This document shows positions 24,475 to 27,056 of a stretch of DNA of 27,056 nt, one piece after another. The DNA is from Saprospiraceae bacterium. GTDB taxonomy: Bacteria; Bacteroidota; Bacteroidia; Chitinophagales; Saprospiraceae. The position numbers were made by a program, and so were the translations under genes. Below the pieces are notes generated by a model, which was not told the DNA's origin, ran no database searches, and worked only from the letters and a program-made list of their open reading frames with translations. The stretch lies in the NCBI GenBank assembly GCA_031381715.1, contig JANMYC010001513.1, forward strand, positions 1-27,056. The letters run 5' to 3'. The first letter of the stretch is position 1, and each line of letters opens with the position of its first letter.

Positions 24475-24484
24475 CCCCTCAGTA
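24475..24484 (+). repeat. CCCCTCAGTA motif, copy 15 (rpsN-rpsH spacer; GATACCCCCTCAGTAG)
   Basis: Exact match. Confidence 0.95.
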
Positions 24485-24516
24485 GCAACATAAAAAATTA
24501 AAATCATTGCTTTAAA

Positions 24517-24921
24517 ATGGCAGTAACAGATCCTATAGCTGACCTCCTGACGCGCATTCGTAACGCACAGATGGCGGGTCACAGTATCGTTGAGATTCCT
24601 GCTTCTAACTTAAAGAAGCGTATTACGGAAATCCTTTACGAACAAGGTTATATCCTCAAGTATAAATTTGAAGATGTTGCCGGTCAAGCAGGTTTGATAA
24701 AAATCGCGCTTAAATATGATCCACAAACAAAGCAGCCGGTTATCCGCTCTTTGATTCGTGCATCAAGACCAGGTTTACGTCTATACCGTGGAGCAACTGA
24801 TATTCCTCGCGTTATCAATGGCTTAGGTATTGCAATCATTTCTACTTCTAGGGGTGTAATGACAGATAAAGACGCTCGCAAGCTCAATGTAGGCGGTGAG
24901 TTGCTTTGCTATATTCATTAA
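24517..24921 (+). CDS. rpsH: 30S ribosomal protein uS8
   Basis: [38 protein letters not shown]. Confidence 0.99.
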   Translation: MAVTDPIADLLTRIRNAQMAGHSIVEIPASNLKKRITEILYEQGYILKYKFEDVAGQAGLIKIALKYDPQTKQPVIRSLIRASRPGLRLYRGATDIPRVINGLGIAIISTSRGVMTDKDARKLNVGGELLCYIH

Positions 24922-25054
24922 TTGTTTGTTGCTTTTTTTAACAGTCACATTGATGGTTCTCATACAGTTTTTATGAAAAATCATCTTTCGTTTTAAATTC
25001 CAACAAAACTTTTAATTAAACAATTGATAATCATCAATTTTAAAGATATAAACA

Positions 25055-25615
25055 ATGTCAAGAATTGGTAAAGCACCAATTGCCCTACCAGCTAAAGTTG
25101 AGGTAGAAATTTCAAAAGGCAATGTGGTGACAATTAAAGGACCGAAAGGTACACTAACTCAGCAAGTTGATGTCGATATTGCTGTAGCCGTAGAAGATGG
25201 TAATATCAAAGTTACTCGTCCTACCGACCAGAAGCGTCACCGTGCGTTACATGGCTTATACCGTGCTTTGATTGCAAACATGGTAAAAGGAGTTAGTGAG
25301 GGTTATACTGCTACATTAGAGTTAGTGGGTGTAGGTTACAAATTAGAGAATAAAGACGGAAATATCCTTTTCACTTTGGGTTATTCACACCCGATTGAAA
25401 TGGCTCTTCCATCTGAAATCAAATTTGAAACTAAAATGGAAAAAGGTTCACCTCCGACATTAATAATGAATTGCCATGATAAGCAGTTATTAGGAGCTCT
25501 GTGCGCTAAAATCCGTACATTCCGTAAAACTGAGCCTTACAAAGGTAAAGGTATTCGTTTCCAAGGTGAAGTTCTTCGTCGTAAAGCTGGTAAAACAGCT
25601 GGTGGTAAGAAATAA
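25055..25615 (+). CDS. rplF: 50S ribosomal protein uL6
   Basis: MSRIGKAPI, HGLYRALIANMVKGVSEG, LGYSHP, EPYKGKGIR. Confidence 0.99.
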   Translation: MSRIGKAPIALPAKVEVEISKGNVVTIKGPKGTLTQQVDVDIAVAVEDGNIKVTRPTDQKRHRALHGLYRALIANMVKGVSEGYTATLELVGVGYKLENKDGNILFTLGYSHPIEMALPSEIKFETKMEKGSPPTLIMNCHDKQLLGALCAKIRTFRKTEPYKGKGIRFQGEVLRRKAGKTAGGKK

Positions 25616-25708
25616 TAAACTCTCTTTCAGAATCTTACTCAGGGAAGCTTTCATTCGAAAGTTTGGGATTTTGGAAGTTTTTATAAAAATTAAAATTGTC
25701 AGTCTAAT

Positions 25709-26056
25709 ATGAAAATGACAGTTAGAGAGCGTCAAGCTCGTATTCATTCAAGAGTTCGGAAGAAAGTAAGTGGAACAGCGGAGCGTCCACGCTTGAATGT
25801 ATTTCGTTCAAACAAAGGTATTTATGCCCAATTAATTGATGATGTTGCAGGTCATACTCTGGCGGCAGCTTCTACAATGGACGTAACAACTTCAGGAACG
25901 AAAGTCGAAAAATCTAAGGCAGCAGGTGTAATACTTGCTGAAAAAGCTAAATCAGCTGGTATATCAAATGTTGTATTTGACCGTGGAGGTTATCTATATC
26001 ATGGCCGTGTAAAAGCATTAGCTGAAGGTGCACGTGAAGGTGGTTTGCAATTATAA
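25709..26056 (+). CDS. rplR: 50S ribosomal protein uL18
   Basis: [46 protein letters not shown]. Confidence 0.99.
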   Translation: MKMTVRERQARIHSRVRKKVSGTAERPRLNVFRSNKGIYAQLIDDVAGHTLAAASTMDVTTSGTKVEKSKAAGVILAEKAKSAGISNVVFDRGGYLYHGRVKALAEGAREGGLQL

Positions 26057-26213
26057 TCAATCCTTTCATTTAAAAAGCATAATTCATTATTTAGAGATTA
26101 GAGAATTTACGAGCCTACATAACTGTATCTAAATAAATTCTCTGATTTTTAACTGATATTAAATATCAATTTATTACGGATAAAAATAGCCGTTTTAAAA
26201 TACATTGAATCTA

Positions 26214-26729
26214 ATGGCGAAAAATGTTCAAAAAGTTCCGGCTGCGGAATCTGAATTTAAAGAGAAGATGGTAGCGTTAAATCGCGTTGCCAAAGTAACC
26301 AAAGGTGGTCGTACCTTCAGCTTTGCCGCGATTGTGGTAGTAGGTGATGGTAAGGGTATGGTTGGTCAGGGCTTAGGTAAAGCTCGTGAGGTATCTGATG
26401 CTATTGCTAAAGCAGTTGAAGATGCTAAAAAGAATCTTGTAAAAGTGCCTGTAATAAAGGGTACTGTACCACACGAAATCAAAGGAAAATTTGGTGCGGG
26501 TAAAGTATTACTAAAGCCAGCTTCGGCGGGTACGGGTGTAATTGCAGGTGGTGCAATGCGTGCTGTTTTGGATATGGCAGGAGTACACAATGTATTGGCT
26601 AAGTCAATGGGATCATCAAATCCTCATAACGTTGTGAAAGCTACAATTGATGCTTTATCTAAATTGCGTACTGCACATCAAGTGGCAAAGCAACGCCGTA
26701 TTGAAGTAACTAAAGTTTTCAACGGATAA
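26214..26729 (+). CDS. rpsE: 30S ribosomal protein uS5
   Basis: [48 protein letters not shown] 26214 preferred over TTG 26205. Confidence 0.99.
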   Translation: MAKNVQKVPAAESEFKEKMVALNRVAKVTKGGRTFSFAAIVVVGDGKGMVGQGLGKAREVSDAIAKAVEDAKKNLVKVPVIKGTVPHEIKGKFGAGKVLLKPASAGTGVIAGGAMRAVLDMAGVHNVLAKSMGSSNPHNVVKATIDALSKLRTAHQVAKQRRIEVTKVFNG

Positions 26730-26846
26730 TTAGTATTTTCTGTTTACTTTTGTAATTCTTTTTTGAAGTATTCAAAAGTGATAGTCAATTGCGTAAATAT
26801 TCAAAGAAATCTGTCAAATATTCAATTGACAATAATCAATATAAAA

Positions 26847-27026
26847 ATGAGCAAGATTAAAATCACTTTAGTCAAAAGTACGATTGATCGTCCTCAAGAT
26901 CAGAAGGATACAGTTAAAGCCTTGGGTATCAGAAAGGTATATCAAACCGTTGAGAAAGAAGCTAATCCTCAAATTTTAGGCATGGTAAGAAAAGTATCTC
27001 ACCTCATTAAAGTTGTAGAAGGATAA
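26847..27026 (+). CDS. rpmD: 50S ribosomal protein uL30
   Basis: [28 protein letters not shown]. Start at ATG 26847; the longer TTG-started ORF is an extension through the spacer. Confidence 0.97.
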   Translation: MSKIKITLVKSTIDRPQDQKDTVKALGIRKVYQTVEKEANPQILGMVRKVSHLIKVVEG

Positions 27027-27056
27027 GTTTTGAATGATTGAAAATTGACTTACAAC

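Noticed and set aside
453-24484. CCCCTCAGTA as an adapter/linker or assembly artefact
   Set aside because: Nine copies sit in frame in intact genes without indels, one inside the conserved uS17 ETRPLSK motif. The flanks differ between copies and match no adapter I recognise.
453-24484. The motif as a CRISPR repeat, REP/BIME, MITE or IS end
   Set aside because: It is too short, dispersed singly with irregular spacing, and has no long palindrome or target duplication. There is no cas or transposase gene in the window.
910-26590. The other short overlapping ORFs in the six-frame track (for example 910-1428, 3098-3397, 3664-4313, 12362-12742, 14085-15640, 16850-17269)
   Set aside because: They lie within or opposite well-supported genes and show no recognisable motifs.
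26745-26825. TACTTTTG box and AAATATTCAA direct repeats with a 21-bp period before rpmD
   Set aside because: There is no -33 element, the repeats are low-complexity AT sequence without the GTT core of LytTR sites, and chance is likely.
1-27056. tRNA, rRNA, riboswitch, integrase or prophage genes
   Set aside because: None recognised. The spacers are short and accounted for, although a covariance-model search could still find small RNAs.

Overview
This is a chromosomal window from a member of Bacteroidota. The evidence is TAnnTTTG -7 promoter boxes, A/T-rich starts without Shine-Dalgarno sites, a CarboxypepD-type TonB-dependent receptor and propeller/Y_Y_Y sensors. A Saprospirales/Chitinophagia-like origin is only a guess. 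The left half (1-15.9 kb) holds a 5'-truncated Uma2 nuclease-fold gene, a stand-alone gatB, a TonB-dependent receptor, and a LytS-like sensor plus LytTR regulator followed by a paired LytTR-type site and three exported proteins. It continues with a MerR-like gene, a polyprenyl synthetase, an Rcp1-like receiver and a REC-PAS-kinase-REC protein whose kinase motifs are degenerate. The right half (16.2-27 kb) is the S10-spc ribosomal protein cluster from rpsJ to rpmD, with unusually long, structured spacers. The strongest unexplained signal is the non-palindromic 10-mer CCCCTCAGTA (extended consensus about GAYA-C4-6-TCAGTA-T). It occurs 15 times exactly, on both strands, about once per 1.8 kb, against roughly 0.02 copies expected by chance. 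It is written into synonymous codons of conserved proteins and enriched in intergenic DNA, which is how DNA-uptake-sequence or HIP1-like genome-wide signals behave. I know of no such motif described for Bacteroidota, but I cannot search to confirm that. All counts were made by eye.
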